The notes: generated by a model from the letters alone, not told the origin. Positions 9,175-18,750 are shown, numbered from the stretch's first letter. The stretch is 42,966 nucleotides of DNA from Eubacteriales bacterium (GCA_045532675.1 JAZSGJ010000102.1:1-42966), one strand, 5' to 3'. Program-made: numbers and translations.

Positions 9175-10040
9175 TTTTGACTTTTACGAAGTAGCGAAGC
9201 CGTATTTGACGATCTTGCTTTTGACGGGGAACAGCCGACTATCCGTTTAAAAGTTTTTGAAAAGTAATAAACGTCGGAATAACCAACCTTATCGGATATT
9301 TCCGTCACGGATATCTCGGTTGTTAAAAGCAACTCTATCGCAACCGATATCCTCACGTTGTTTATATATTCTGACGGTTTGCAGTTAAGCTCTTTTTTGA
9401 ACAGCCTTGCAACGTAAGATTCAGAAAATGAGAATTTTTCAGATATACTTGAAAGACTTAGCGGATTGAAATAATTTTGTTCAATATATTCCATAATTCC
9501 GGTTAATTTGTGGTTTTGCTTCGGATGATTTTCATTGCTGAGATGAATCAAAAGCTCTTTAACAAGTTGGTCGAGAAGCAACTGATTCGAGAAGCTTTCG
9601 TTTGGCTTAAGTTTATCTGCTCTTTCAAAAACATTTTTAACACAGCTGGGGGTATTTTTTATAAAATGCTGAATCTTTATATTGGAAGTATATTCACTCT
9701 TGCAGCTGTATGAATAACCGTTGTTTAGAGCTATACGTGCCGTAACGTTTAATTCACTTCTTGAGGTGCTTTCGGCGACGGTCGTTGCGAAAAAACTAAC
9801 GACGTAATATTCACACGCTCCGCCATTGAGCGGTACAAAAAACATATTTGGCGGTATAAGCAGAATATCTGTAGGCTCAACGTGGAAAATTTCGTTTTCT
9901 ACACTCATATCAAACGTACCTTGTATACAGTATAGCAAGGTGCTGTTAAGAGAATGCTGACCGTTGTGCCACGCTCCTTTACTACGCGATATACGCCCGA
10001 AGTTTCGTACCCTTATCTCACTGTCTAAATTATAAATCAT
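9147..10040 (-). CDS. AraC-family transcriptional regulator
   Basis: N-terminal cupin-like domain; C-terminal double HTH with ISDKVGYSDVYYFSKTFKRIVGCSPS. Confidence 0.93.
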   Translation of the reverse strand: MIYNLDSEIRVRNFGRISRSKGAWHNGQHSLNSTLLYCIQGTFDMSVENEIFHVEPTDILLIPPNMFFVPLNGGACEYYVVSFFATTVAESTSRSELNVTARIALNNGYSYSCKSEYTSNIKIQHFIKNTPSCVKNVFERADKLKPNESFSNQLLLDQLVKELLIHLSNENHPKQNHKLTGIMEYIEQNYFNPLSLSSISEKFSFSESYVARLFKKELNCKPSEYINNVRISVAIELLLTTEISVTEISDKVGYSDVYYFSKTFKRIVGCSPSKARSSNTASLLRKSQNLLNKVKRF

Positions 10041-10061
10041 TACAAAATTACCTGTGCAGAT

Positions 10062-10685
10062 TTATTTAACATTGATGTTTTTTAAATCACAGACAATTTG
10101 TTCAGCGAATTTTCCATATCCGTCAGTGTTAAAATGAACGCCGTCAGCAGTGCGAAATTCAGCATATTTTGAAGAGAGTGAGTACAGATCTATTATAGGC
10201 AATCTGTATTTTGCAGCTACTTGCGCAGCAACTTTATTTCTACACTTTACACGTTGCTCCCTTTCCGTATCGGATACACTTGTTGTAAGAATTATGACTA
10301 TAGGAGTATCCTTGAATTCATTAAGAAGAAACTTCACCGTTTCCTCGTAGTAATACAAATATTGCGTATCGTCGTCAAGGTGCCAGCCGTGAAGCCCGTT
10401 ATTGAATAGAATTGCGTCCCGGCGCTTCTGCTGTTTAGCGAACATACGGATAGAATCAAACAAAAATGGGTTATCCAATGCCTTCGAAGTTCCAAAGCCA
10501 TCGAAGAGTATTTTACCTTCTGAATAAGATGTTGCTATTCTTCTGGTGTTACATGATATGGAATCACCTATATACAGTACTCGTGATACATCGCTTCTGT
10601 CGGGTTGCTCCCACCATACGTTATCCCATTCGAATGTTTCGAGCGCGGTATTTTTGTTTTCGTGTTCATATGTATACTGACTCAT
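10062..10685 (-). CDS. SGNH/GDSL hydrolase (putative carbohydrate esterase)
   Basis: Blocks YIGDSIS, FNNGLHG and DGVHF. Confidence 0.9.
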   Translation of the reverse strand: MSQYTYEHENKNTALETFEWDNVWWEQPDRSDVSRVLYIGDSISCNTRRIATSYSEGKILFDGFGTSKALDNPFLFDSIRMFAKQQKRRDAILFNNGLHGWHLDDDTQYLYYYEETVKFLLNEFKDTPIVIILTTSVSDTEREQRVKCRNKVAAQVAAKYRLPIIDLYSLSSKYAEFRTADGVHFNTDGYGKFAEQIVCDLKNINVK

Positions 10686-10700
10686 TTTATTATCTCCCTA

Positions 10701-10730
10701 TTGGTACATTTTGGTACATCTTGGTACATC
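10701..10730. repeat. Three tandem 10-bp repeats TTGGTACAT(T/C)
   Basis: ttggtacatt ttggtacatc ttggtacatc, read directly. Confidence 0.9.
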
Positions 10731-10761
10731 GAAATTTAGGGTTAAGCCTAATTGCTTCTTT

Positions 10762-10790
10762 AGTATAACACGAATTATCCAAAAAGTCAA
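10762..10790 (-). promoter_or_regulatory. Sigma-A promoter for SGNH-araC
   Basis: Minus strand TTGACT-17 bp-TATACT with extended TG. Confidence 0.7.
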
Positions 10791-10820
10791 TATAGCACAA
10801 AAAAATAATAATTAATTCCA

Positions 10821-10849
10821 TTGAACTCAAGTAAACTGTATGTTAAAAT
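10821..10849 (+). promoter_or_regulatory. Sigma-A promoter for the glycoside hydrolase genes
   Basis: TTGAAC-17 bp-TAAAAT with extended TG; overlaps the ORF-track start at 10840, which argues for a later start codon. Confidence 0.65.
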
Positions 10850-10926
10850 CTATAAAGGAATGGGTTTTCTTTTTTACTGATAAGACAGCGCTTTCCGCAC
10901 ATTATGATGAAAAGAGGAGCTTAAAA

Positions 10927-12795
10927 TTGAGAAAACAAAAAACGGAAGACGATATTAAAAGGTCAAATTTTTTAGCCTACAGATCTTTTTACACACCGCT
11001 TGACACGATGGAGAAATTCAACAACGAAGGCTATAGGACGGTGTGTGTGTTTCCTGCACACACATTGAATTCTCTTGGAACACCTTATTCACAGTACCCG
11101 CCTACCTGGCTTTGGTACGATGTTTATGATTTTTCTCCTTTTGATCGTATGGTAGAGCATACCTTATCGGTTATGCCCGAGGCTCAGCTTGTTTTGATGA
11201 TTGATCTTAACTCTCCCGCTTGGCTTGAGCATAATAATCTGAAAAACTGCAACGATTCATTTTTGAATCTCGGAAAGGCGGTTCACAATCCCATCTGGAT
11301 TGAGGCTACTGAAAATTACCTTAAGAGTTTCGTAAAATATGCAAACGAAAAATACGGTGACAGAATTTCCGCGTGCGTTTTGGCTTGCGGCGCAACCGAC
11401 GAGTGGTACGATTATTCAAACGGAGCTGAAAGCCCTGAACGCAGAGCTGCATGGAGAAACTATCAAATAATGCGAGGCCGCCCCGATCCTATTGATATTC
11501 CTCCTCAATCCGTCAGAGAGCACGTATCGCACGATGATTTTTTGCGCGATCCAAAAGCAGACGGGCTAGCCCTTCAATATTGGCATTTCTGCAACGAAGC
11601 GATAGCGGATACCATCGCTAGATTTGCACATGATACAAGGGAGATAATCGGTGATAAAGTAGAAATCGGATGCTTCTACGGATATATACTTGAAAAGGGA
11701 GTTGGAACCCTTGTTTCCTGTGGGCATCTTGCTTATGAAAGGCTTCTTGATTGTGACGATATTGATTTTCTTATCAGTCCCGGAACCTACCGTGATCGAC
11801 TGATTGGCGGCGGAAGCGGATTCCTTATTCCAAACGGCAGTGCTGCTGTCAGAGGTAAGAGGCTGCTACATGAGTGCGATCAACGCACACACACCTACAA
11901 TAATCACATTACGCCTTACGTATCCTTAGGATCTCAGCAGCAATGGCTTGATGAAAAATCAACCATCTCAGGCATAAAAAGAGAAGCCGCGCTTGGTTTG
12001 ATCAAGCGTACGCACCTTTGGTGGTTTGATATGTGGGGCGGCTTCTATCAAGGTGAGAGTGTTATGAAAACGCTTGGCCGTGTAAAAGCGCTTTGGGACA
12101 AATTTTCTTCCGCAGATGCGGTCGATGTTTGCGAGGTTGCGATGGTGGTTGATGCCGAGAGCACCTATTTTGTCAACCAGCAACACGAAAACTCATCAAA
12201 GATTAATTTAGGCACAAGAAACAAGCTCAACAGACTTGGCGCACCTTACGAGGTATATTCATTTAGTGATATTCCCAAAATCAAGAATTTTGACAGATAC
12301 AAGCTTGTCATTTTTACGTCACTCTTTGATTTAACACCCGAAAAGCGCAAAATACTTGATGAGTACGTACTAAAGGGCGACAGAAGTGTTCTGTGGTTGT
12401 ATGCTCCCGCAATCGTGACAAGCGGTGAATTAAACGTAGAAAACTGTGAGAAGCTTACCGGCATTAGCTATTATGAAGAGGGCGTTGCAAAACGAAAAAT
12501 GCAAAAGTTCACCTCATATTACATTCATAACTACGATGAGCTCACACCGTCTGTTTTAAAGAAAATTGCAAAAGAAGCGGGAGTTCTGATAAACGTTGAA
12601 GAGGAGCTTCCCGTATATGCCGAAGGAAACCTTCTGGCAATACACACCAAGGACGGTGGAAAAATTACAGTGACTGCTGACGAAAAATATTCTGCCGCAG
12701 AGGAGCTTTTTACCGGAAAGCGAATAGCTATTGAGGGTGGAAAATTCGTATACGATTTTTCCGAGCCCGACACGGCTATGTTTCATCTTAAATAA
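10927..12795 (+). CDS. Clan-A-like glycoside hydrolase (GH42/beta-galactosidase-like TIM barrel plus trimerisation-type domain); family uncertain
   Basis: CGATDEW (candidate acid/base), HECDQRTH (candidate nucleophile), WWFDMWGG; start reassigned to TTG at 10927 after a GAGGAG RBS. Confidence 0.7.
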   Translation: MRKQKTEDDIKRSNFLAYRSFYTPLDTMEKFNNEGYRTVCVFPAHTLNSLGTPYSQYPPTWLWYDVYDFSPFDRMVEHTLSVMPEAQLVLMIDLNSPAWLEHNNLKNCNDSFLNLGKAVHNPIWIEATENYLKSFVKYANEKYGDRISACVLACGATDEWYDYSNGAESPERRAAWRNYQIMRGRPDPIDIPPQSVREHVSHDDFLRDPKADGLALQYWHFCNEAIADTIARFAHDTREIIGDKVEIGCFYGYILEKGVGTLVSCGHLAYERLLDCDDIDFLISPGTYRDRLIGGGSGFLIPNGSAAVRGKRLLHECDQRTHTYNNHITPYVSLGSQQQWLDEKSTISGIKREAALGLIKRTHLWWFDMWGGFYQGESVMKTLGRVKALWDKFSSADAVDVCEVAMVVDAESTYFVNQQHENSSKINLGTRNKLNRLGAPYEVYSFSDIPKIKNFDRYKLVIFTSLFDLTPEKRKILDEYVLKGDRSVLWLYAPAIVTSGELNVENCEKLTGISYYEEGVAKRKMQKFTSYYIHNYDELTPSVLKKIAKEAGVLINVEEELPVYAEGNLLAIHTKDGGKITVTADEKYSAAEELFTGKRIAIEGGKFVYDFSEPDTAMFHLK

Positions 12796-12814
12796 GGATT
12801 TAGGAGATACGATT

Positions 12815-14653
12815 ATGAATATTTTGAATTTACCATTGGATTACGAAGCCTGCTTCGCAACAATTTCAAAGAGATTTCAAGAGCAACTTCCGAACGTTAC
12901 GTTAAGATTTGAAAAAAGCGATTGCTTAACAGTCGGATTTGACGGTGCCGAGGGATATATAAAATGCGACAGAATAAATCGGTTCGCGAGGCTTTTGGGC
13001 ATATTCATCCAAAAATACAATGGTGAAAGATTTGAAGTCCGAGAAAATGCTGCTTTTGAGACCGTGGGATGCATGCTGGATGTTTCTTTCGGTTCAGCTC
13101 TCACTGTAAAAAGCATATTTGATTTTTGTGAATACGTCGCGCTTTTAGGCTACAATCAAATATGGCTTTACATGGAGGATATGTACGAAATAAAAGAACG
13201 GCCGCATTTCGGTTATCTTCGCGGAAGATACTCCTTTGATGAACTGAAGGCCATTGATGACTATGCATACTCGCTGGGCATTGAAGTTGTTCCTTGTATA
13301 CAAACGCTTGGACACTTGAAAAATTATCTCTGTTGGCCTGAGGCGTCAGCAATAACAGAGGGTCCCGCTATATTACCAATGAATCTTTTGCCGGATTGCG
13401 AGGAAACATATGAATTCGTGGAACAAATGATAGTTAATTCATCCTCTCCGTTCAGAAGTAATAAAATACATATCGGATGTGATGAAACATCTGATTTGGG
13501 ATTAGGAAAATATTTGAAGCTCCACGGATATCAAGATCCGTTCGAAATATATATCCGTCACATCAACAAGGTCGTTGAAATCTGCAAAAAACATAGTCTT
13601 TCTCCAATTATGTGGGGTGATATGTTTATTGCTTATTCCTCAAAAAGCGGAAAGAATTACGACCCTGATGCGGTTATCTCCGAAAAAACCAAAAGCAGTA
13701 TCAGCAAGGACGTAGGGATCGTTTTCTGGCATTACGGTCAGCAGCTCGGATGCGAGGAATATATGCTTGATAAATATTTTGAGCTTTCACCGAATCCTAT
13801 TTTCGCGGGCGGAGCATACTGTTGGGAGGGACTCCTTACGGATAATTATTTTTCAATGAAAACCGCAGACACATCCCTTCGTATCTGTAAGAAAAAAGGT
13901 GTTAAAGAAGTATTTCTTACCCTTTGGGGCGGTATAAAATCCATGTATCAAGCAACCTATCTTGCGCTTTGTAATTTTGCGGAGCTTTCATATGGTGATA
14001 ATACCGAAAATCTTAAAGAACGTTTTGAATTTTTGACGGGTGCATCGTACGACGCATTTATGAAAATGAGTAATTGTAACGGTCTGTATGACAGCGACGA
14101 GGCAATAGCAAATTCGAGCTATAAGGGAAGCCGCAATGGAAATCGCTACTTTATAAGCGATCTGCTTGTTAACGTTCTCGATAAGGATTTGATTGATCAT
14201 CCAAGAAGTGATTATTATGAAAAAACCGCAGACTTTTTCCGTGAATATGCAGAAGATAAAGGCGAATGGAATTACCTTTACGGATATGCACTCGCGGTTT
14301 TCGATATGCTTGCGCTAAAATGCAAGATTGCCGAAAAGCTTTTTCCGGCATACAGCAATGGAGATAAGCAAATTTTAAAAGAAATAAGAGAAATTCTTCT
14401 CCCGCGTTATCTTGAAAAGCTTGAGGATATCAGCCGTTTGCATTCTTATCACAAGGATACCTATCTTCGCCCATTTGGTACTGAAAACCGCGATCAAGTT
14501 TACGGTGGAATGAAGGAACGGGCAAGGACTGCAATGCGCAGAATAGGTATGTATCTTGACGGAAAAATTGAAAAAATAGGGGAGCTTGAAGAAGAGCGCC
14601 TTCCGTACGAAGGCGGACCGCTGGTAACCATCGTACCAAGGGTATATTATTAA
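12815..14653 (+). CDS. GH20 beta-N-acetylhexosaminidase (HexD/GcnA-like)
   Basis: LYMED, PCIQTLGH, HIGCDE catalytic DE pair, MWGDM; ATG at 12815 after AGGAG. Confidence 0.88.
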   Translation: MNILNLPLDYEACFATISKRFQEQLPNVTLRFEKSDCLTVGFDGAEGYIKCDRINRFARLLGIFIQKYNGERFEVRENAAFETVGCMLDVSFGSALTVKSIFDFCEYVALLGYNQIWLYMEDMYEIKERPHFGYLRGRYSFDELKAIDDYAYSLGIEVVPCIQTLGHLKNYLCWPEASAITEGPAILPMNLLPDCEETYEFVEQMIVNSSSPFRSNKIHIGCDETSDLGLGKYLKLHGYQDPFEIYIRHINKVVEICKKHSLSPIMWGDMFIAYSSKSGKNYDPDAVISEKTKSSISKDVGIVFWHYGQQLGCEEYMLDKYFELSPNPIFAGGAYCWEGLLTDNYFSMKTADTSLRICKKKGVKEVFLTLWGGIKSMYQATYLALCNFAELSYGDNTENLKERFEFLTGASYDAFMKMSNCNGLYDSDEAIANSSYKGSRNGNRYFISDLLVNVLDKDLIDHPRSDYYEKTADFFREYAEDKGEWNYLYGYALAVFDMLALKCKIAEKLFPAYSNGDKQILKEIREILLPRYLEKLEDISRLHSYHKDTYLRPFGTENRDQVYGGMKERARTAMRRIGMYLDGKIEKIGELEEERLPYEGGPLVTIVPRVYY

Positions 14654-14734
14654 AGTGCCTCGCGAAAAAATGTGTCCAATATTGAAAGCGTGCGGTGACA
14701 ATAATGACAGAACAAAAAAGGATGGTGAGCAAGA

Positions 14735-15649
14735 GTGCTTAAACTAAAAAATGCAGTTAGGGGTTCGGGCTTTTCAATGAAAGACTATTATGTCTGGTGC
14801 GGCTCGGTTATAAAGGAAAACGGTATTTATTATATGTTCGCTTCGCGCTGGAAGCGTGAGCTTGGATTTCCAAAGGGCTACATGCGTGGCTCCGAAATCG
14901 TTCTCGCCACAACGAAAGATTTATCTCTTCCGTTTGAATTTCAAAAGGTTGTGATCGGACAGCGCGAGAATACTATGTGGGACGGCACTATGGCACATAA
15001 TCCCTGCGTAATAAAGGTTGGTGACAGATATGTTCTTTATTACATCGGCTCGTGCGACGGAAGCAAGCAGAAGCGAGCGATAGGCTATGCCACGACAAAA
15101 TCTCTCTCGGGAGATTGGGAGAGGACTGACTCTCCGATTGCTCTTCCGCAGGATGCAAATAATCCCTGTGTTATCAGTGACGGCAAGGGAGGCGTGTTGC
15201 TTTATTACAGAGATGGAAATCTCAAAGTCTCCGTTGCGCGTTCGGATGAGTATTTCGATCGATTTGAAACAGTTGCGCATAATATTTTTCCGAAAGGAAA
15301 AATAGAGGATATGTTTGTATATAAAGAGGACGGCATATATAAAATGATTTGCGAGGACGCAGATGGAATTTATACGGGTGCCAAAAAAGGGGGCGTAATT
15401 TTTAGTTCGTACGACGGAGTTGCTTGGGACGAGGAAGGAGCTGAACCGGCTTACGGCTTCAAAGTTGAATTCGATGACGGAAAAGAACTGCTTCTACAAA
15501 GACGCGAAAGGCCTATGCTTTTAAACGACGGAAACAAAAGATATCTTTTTACTGCCGCAAAATTCGGTGGAGAGAGTATTCTTGAGGGGGGCTATACGTT
15601 TAATTTAGTTCAGGAGATTAAAATTAACGATGCCAAGACGCGAACGTAA
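14735..15649 (+). CDS. Five-bladed beta-propeller glycoside hydrolase (GH43/GH117-like)
   Basis: YYVWCGSVIK, MAHNP, NNP, IEDMFVY and RRERP motifs; GTG start. Confidence 0.75.
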   Translation: MLKLKNAVRGSGFSMKDYYVWCGSVIKENGIYYMFASRWKRELGFPKGYMRGSEIVLATTKDLSLPFEFQKVVIGQRENTMWDGTMAHNPCVIKVGDRYVLYYIGSCDGSKQKRAIGYATTKSLSGDWERTDSPIALPQDANNPCVISDGKGGVLLYYRDGNLKVSVARSDEYFDRFETVAHNIFPKGKIEDMFVYKEDGIYKMICEDADGIYTGAKKGGVIFSSYDGVAWDEEGAEPAYGFKVEFDDGKELLLQRRERPMLLNDGNKRYLFTAAKFGGESILEGGYTFNLVQEIKINDAKTRT

Positions 15650-15703
15650 TTCGTAATGGAAAAATAAATGTGTACTGCTAATTTTTTAACTTTATATTGA
15701 ATA

Positions 15704-15732
15704 TTGAATTTGAATATTCGATGTGACATAAT
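15704..15732 (+). promoter_or_regulatory. Possible internal promoter for the PHP and phosphatase genes
   Basis: TTGAAT-17 bp-CATAAT with extended TG, in an AT-rich gap. Confidence 0.4.
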
Positions 15733-15768
15733 TAGGGTACAAAAATAGTATAAAGATTGGAGCATAAA

Positions 15769-17454
15769 ATGGAAGACAACTTTACCTATCACGCTCAGCA
15801 TATGCATGTACATTCCTGTTATGAACCGGGCGCGAGTATGGAAGGGCATATTTTCAATGCAAAAAACCTGGGAATGAGGTATATTTGGTTTACGGATCAC
15901 GACATACGTATGGGCATAAAGCGCAACGAGTTTGACCGATTCGATTTTTCTGACGGGCTCACTTACGAGTGTGACGGCAAGAGCGTCGGATTTCTTTCAA
16001 AAGAGAATCAATGCGGCAGCATTTGCATATGTAATGAATCTTCGCATAACGATGGAAATTGTATGAAAATGTCGACTGTGGGTGAAGGCGAAGAATGGAA
16101 GGGCTGCGAAGCAACTCTCGTTTCATGCGCGAAAAGCCACACCGCAAGTCTTTTGTCTGATATTGCGCTGTTTTTTAAATACAAAACCGAGATTTCTGAT
16201 GCGAAAAATTCAAGGCTCGTATTTGATGTCAAGCTTTCCGAGCGTCCTCCGGAGCATAAAACGGCGCATATTCTTTACGTAGCGGGATCCACGGAGGGGC
16301 TCGATGCTCTGCACACACTCGTTATACCGATAGAAGAGGCTCACGGTTGGAGCTGGACCGAATTCAAGCTTTCAAGCGATTCCGTGACGGCGGAGGCCGA
16401 TATTCGGGGAATCGGAGGACTTGATAATTGCTTTGACAGCGTTACCGTAAGGCTTGAAGCGAGAGATGGTGCAAGGGCTGTTGCGTATATAGATGAATTT
16501 TATAAAACGAGAGGACATACGGCGCAGGAAACCTACGAACTGCAAAAGAAGGTTGCATGCGAAATCGGTGCGAGGTATGGTGTCAAGCCCTTCGTCGCAA
16601 CTGAAATTTCTTACGCCGGTATGCATAAAAACTGTTATTCAACAGATTTACAGATACTTCCGTATGAAGCTCGTGGTTATGAAATATCGCACAGTGAAGC
16701 CTGCAATGCGATGCTTGAGCAAGGTAAAGTTTTTTCGATAAACCACCCATTTGTAAAATTTAAAAGAAAAGATCTGTCGACTTTCAATCTTGATGAAGAG
16801 GTTATGAAAATAGCAGATACATATACAGAGAATGCTTGCTTCGGCGCATCACTTTTAGAGGTTGGATTCCCTGATGGGCGTTATCTTCCGCTTGAATATC
16901 ATCTTAGACTGTGGGATGTTTTATCTTTGCGCGGATTCTTTTTAACGGGGTACGGTGCAAGTGACAGCCACAGTAACAAAAGCGGTTGGTACGGTGGAAA
17001 CAATTTTGTTTTGTGGCTTGGTATTGCTGAGTGCGAGGATGAGAAAAACGAGGCCGCATTCATCGATGCCATGCGTGCCGGAAGAGGTTATACGGGGGAT
17101 CCCATTTTCATAGACGGCGGAGTTGGATTCTGCGGCGAGGACGGCCAGATTATTGGTTCGGTTACCTCGCTTGACAGCGAAGAGAGCAAGAAGGTCGTTT
17201 TTTCATATAATAAAATGCGACATGGGTGGAGATTGCGCTGGATTATAAACGGAGATGTTAACCGCGAAATCTTTGCCGAAGATGGAGAATTTTCTGATTG
17301 CTGCTATGTTAAAGCGGATAGAGCGGTTAACTTTGTAAGAGCAGAGCTTTATAACGATACAGGCAGATGCATTTTAATTACCAATCCAATATATTTTGTT
17401 AGACGCGATATAAAAGAGATTAACATACCAAAAGAGAGGCGGTTTGATAAATGA
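15769..17454 (+). CDS. PHP-domain metallohydrolase (CehA/McbA-like) with a large inserted domain
   Basis: HMHVHS, FTDHD, INHP and GASDSH metal ligands; C-terminal FVRAEL...TNPIY; ATG at 15769 after GGAG. Confidence 0.78.
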   Translation: MEDNFTYHAQHMHVHSCYEPGASMEGHIFNAKNLGMRYIWFTDHDIRMGIKRNEFDRFDFSDGLTYECDGKSVGFLSKENQCGSICICNESSHNDGNCMKMSTVGEGEEWKGCEATLVSCAKSHTASLLSDIALFFKYKTEISDAKNSRLVFDVKLSERPPEHKTAHILYVAGSTEGLDALHTLVIPIEEAHGWSWTEFKLSSDSVTAEADIRGIGGLDNCFDSVTVRLEARDGARAVAYIDEFYKTRGHTAQETYELQKKVACEIGARYGVKPFVATEISYAGMHKNCYSTDLQILPYEARGYEISHSEACNAMLEQGKVFSINHPFVKFKRKDLSTFNLDEEVMKIADTYTENACFGASLLEVGFPDGRYLPLEYHLRLWDVLSLRGFFLTGYGASDSHSNKSGWYGGNNFVLWLGIAECEDEKNEAAFIDAMRAGRGYTGDPIFIDGGVGFCGEDGQIIGSVTSLDSEESKKVVFSYNKMRHGWRLRWIINGDVNREIFAEDGEFSDCCYVKADRAVNFVRAELYNDTGRCILITNPIYFVRRDIKEINIPKERRFDK

Positions 17455-18653
17455 AATTTTATGTTACAAGGCACGGTCAGGTTGCTGAGAGTGCAGAGTA
17501 TTTCGGTGACGTTTCCTATCCGAAAGGGGATATGCCGCTTTCAAGGCTCGGAAGAGAGCAGGCGGAGTATCTTGGAAGAAGACTTCGTGACGAAGGTTTT
17601 TCGGGAAAAATTTTCGCCTCTCCTTACTTAAGAACTATGGAAACCGCTGATATTGTTGCGGATATAACCGGTTCAAAGGTGTATCCTACAGCGGCGCTTC
17701 ACGAGATTTTTCTAAGTGATGTGGCGGTAAATAATTTCTTCGGTTCGGATATTGAGAAGCTTTCGTTAGCCTTTAAAAACGTTGCGGAGGATGCCGAACT
17801 TGAGTTCCCTTGGTGGCCGACCGCAGTGGAAAGCGCAGAGGACGTGCGATACAGAGTTGCACTTTTTATGGATAAAATCATTGACAAAAGCGATGAGGAT
17901 GTTTTGCTTGTAGGTCACGGAGCTTCGGTAAGTGCGGCTATTCATTTTTTCTTTGGAAAATATGCTGTCGGCAAGGTATATAACTGTTCCTATAGCAGCT
18001 TCGACACGAAGACAAAAACTGCCGTGTTAAATTGCGGCATGCATTTGCCATATAAAAAAATAACATATAACAGTGTATTTCTTGAAAGGAAACCTTACGA
18101 TATTGAAATTCCCGAGAAGCTTGCAAATGAAAAAGGACTTAAGCTTTTACATATAGGTGACACACCTTCACGCTCTTTTCCCTGGTACCGTGCGCTTATA
18201 AACAAGCTGAAGCCCGACGTAATAATTCACACGGGTGACACCGTTGATGAGATTAAGGTTGGTCGTGTAGCAGAGGTTAGAGAGGAATACATAGACAGAC
18301 TCAAGGTTATGCTTGAGATAATGACAGAAACCGGCAGTCGCGTAATTTGGACAACCGGTAATAACGATCTTGAGGACAAGGTTCGCGAAATTGCGCCGGG
18401 TATTGAGTTGGTTGCCAACGGTACGGTCATAAATATCGGCGGTAAGCGAATCGCGCTTGCGCACCATAAAAAGGATTTTAAAGAGGAAGCGGATATATAT
18501 CTTTACGGTCATACAACAAGATATGACGTATGGAGTGATGAGCGAAACACAGAGGAGCAAGACGTGTGGTATCTAAATGCGTGTTGGACGAATTCGGTTA
18601 TAGTTTTGCCTGAGAGAAGACTTTATAAAATTCCTGTATCATTAGGAGAATGA
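17451..18653 (+). CDS. Histidine phosphatase fused to a calcineurin-like metallophosphoesterase
   Basis: N-terminal half: RHG, SPYLRTMETA, VGHG. C-terminal half: HIGDT, HTGDTVD, TGNND, YGHT. Confidence 0.85.
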   Translation: MKFYVTRHGQVAESAEYFGDVSYPKGDMPLSRLGREQAEYLGRRLRDEGFSGKIFASPYLRTMETADIVADITGSKVYPTAALHEIFLSDVAVNNFFGSDIEKLSLAFKNVAEDAELEFPWWPTAVESAEDVRYRVALFMDKIIDKSDEDVLLVGHGASVSAAIHFFFGKYAVGKVYNCSYSSFDTKTKTAVLNCGMHLPYKKITYNSVFLERKPYDIEIPEKLANEKGLKLLHIGDTPSRSFPWYRALINKLKPDVIIHTGDTVDEIKVGRVAEVREEYIDRLKVMLEIMTETGSRVIWTTGNNDLEDKVREIAPGIELVANGTVINIGGKRIALAHHKKDFKEEADIYLYGHTTRYDVWSDERNTEEQDVWYLNACWTNSVIVLPERRLYKIPVSLGE

Positions 18654-18706
18654 TATCATTATCAAAATTTTATGCAAATTTTGAATTTTGTTAAGGTATT
18701 ATAAAT

Positions 18707-18750
18707 AAAAAACTGCAAGATTTCCAAGGTCGGAAATCTTGCAGTTTTTT
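18707..18750. terminator. Bidirectional intrinsic terminator
   Basis: AAAAAACTGCAAGATTTCC-6 nt-GGAAATCTTGCAGTTTTTT, perfect 19-bp arms between convergent genes. Confidence 0.9.

Noticed and set aside
10840-10926. ORF-track N-terminal extension of the GH (likewise those at 12731, 15757, 23574, 25586, 29656 and 35478)
   Set aside because: Downstream starts have better RBSs or translational coupling; the extensions overlap promoters, RBSs or upstream genes.
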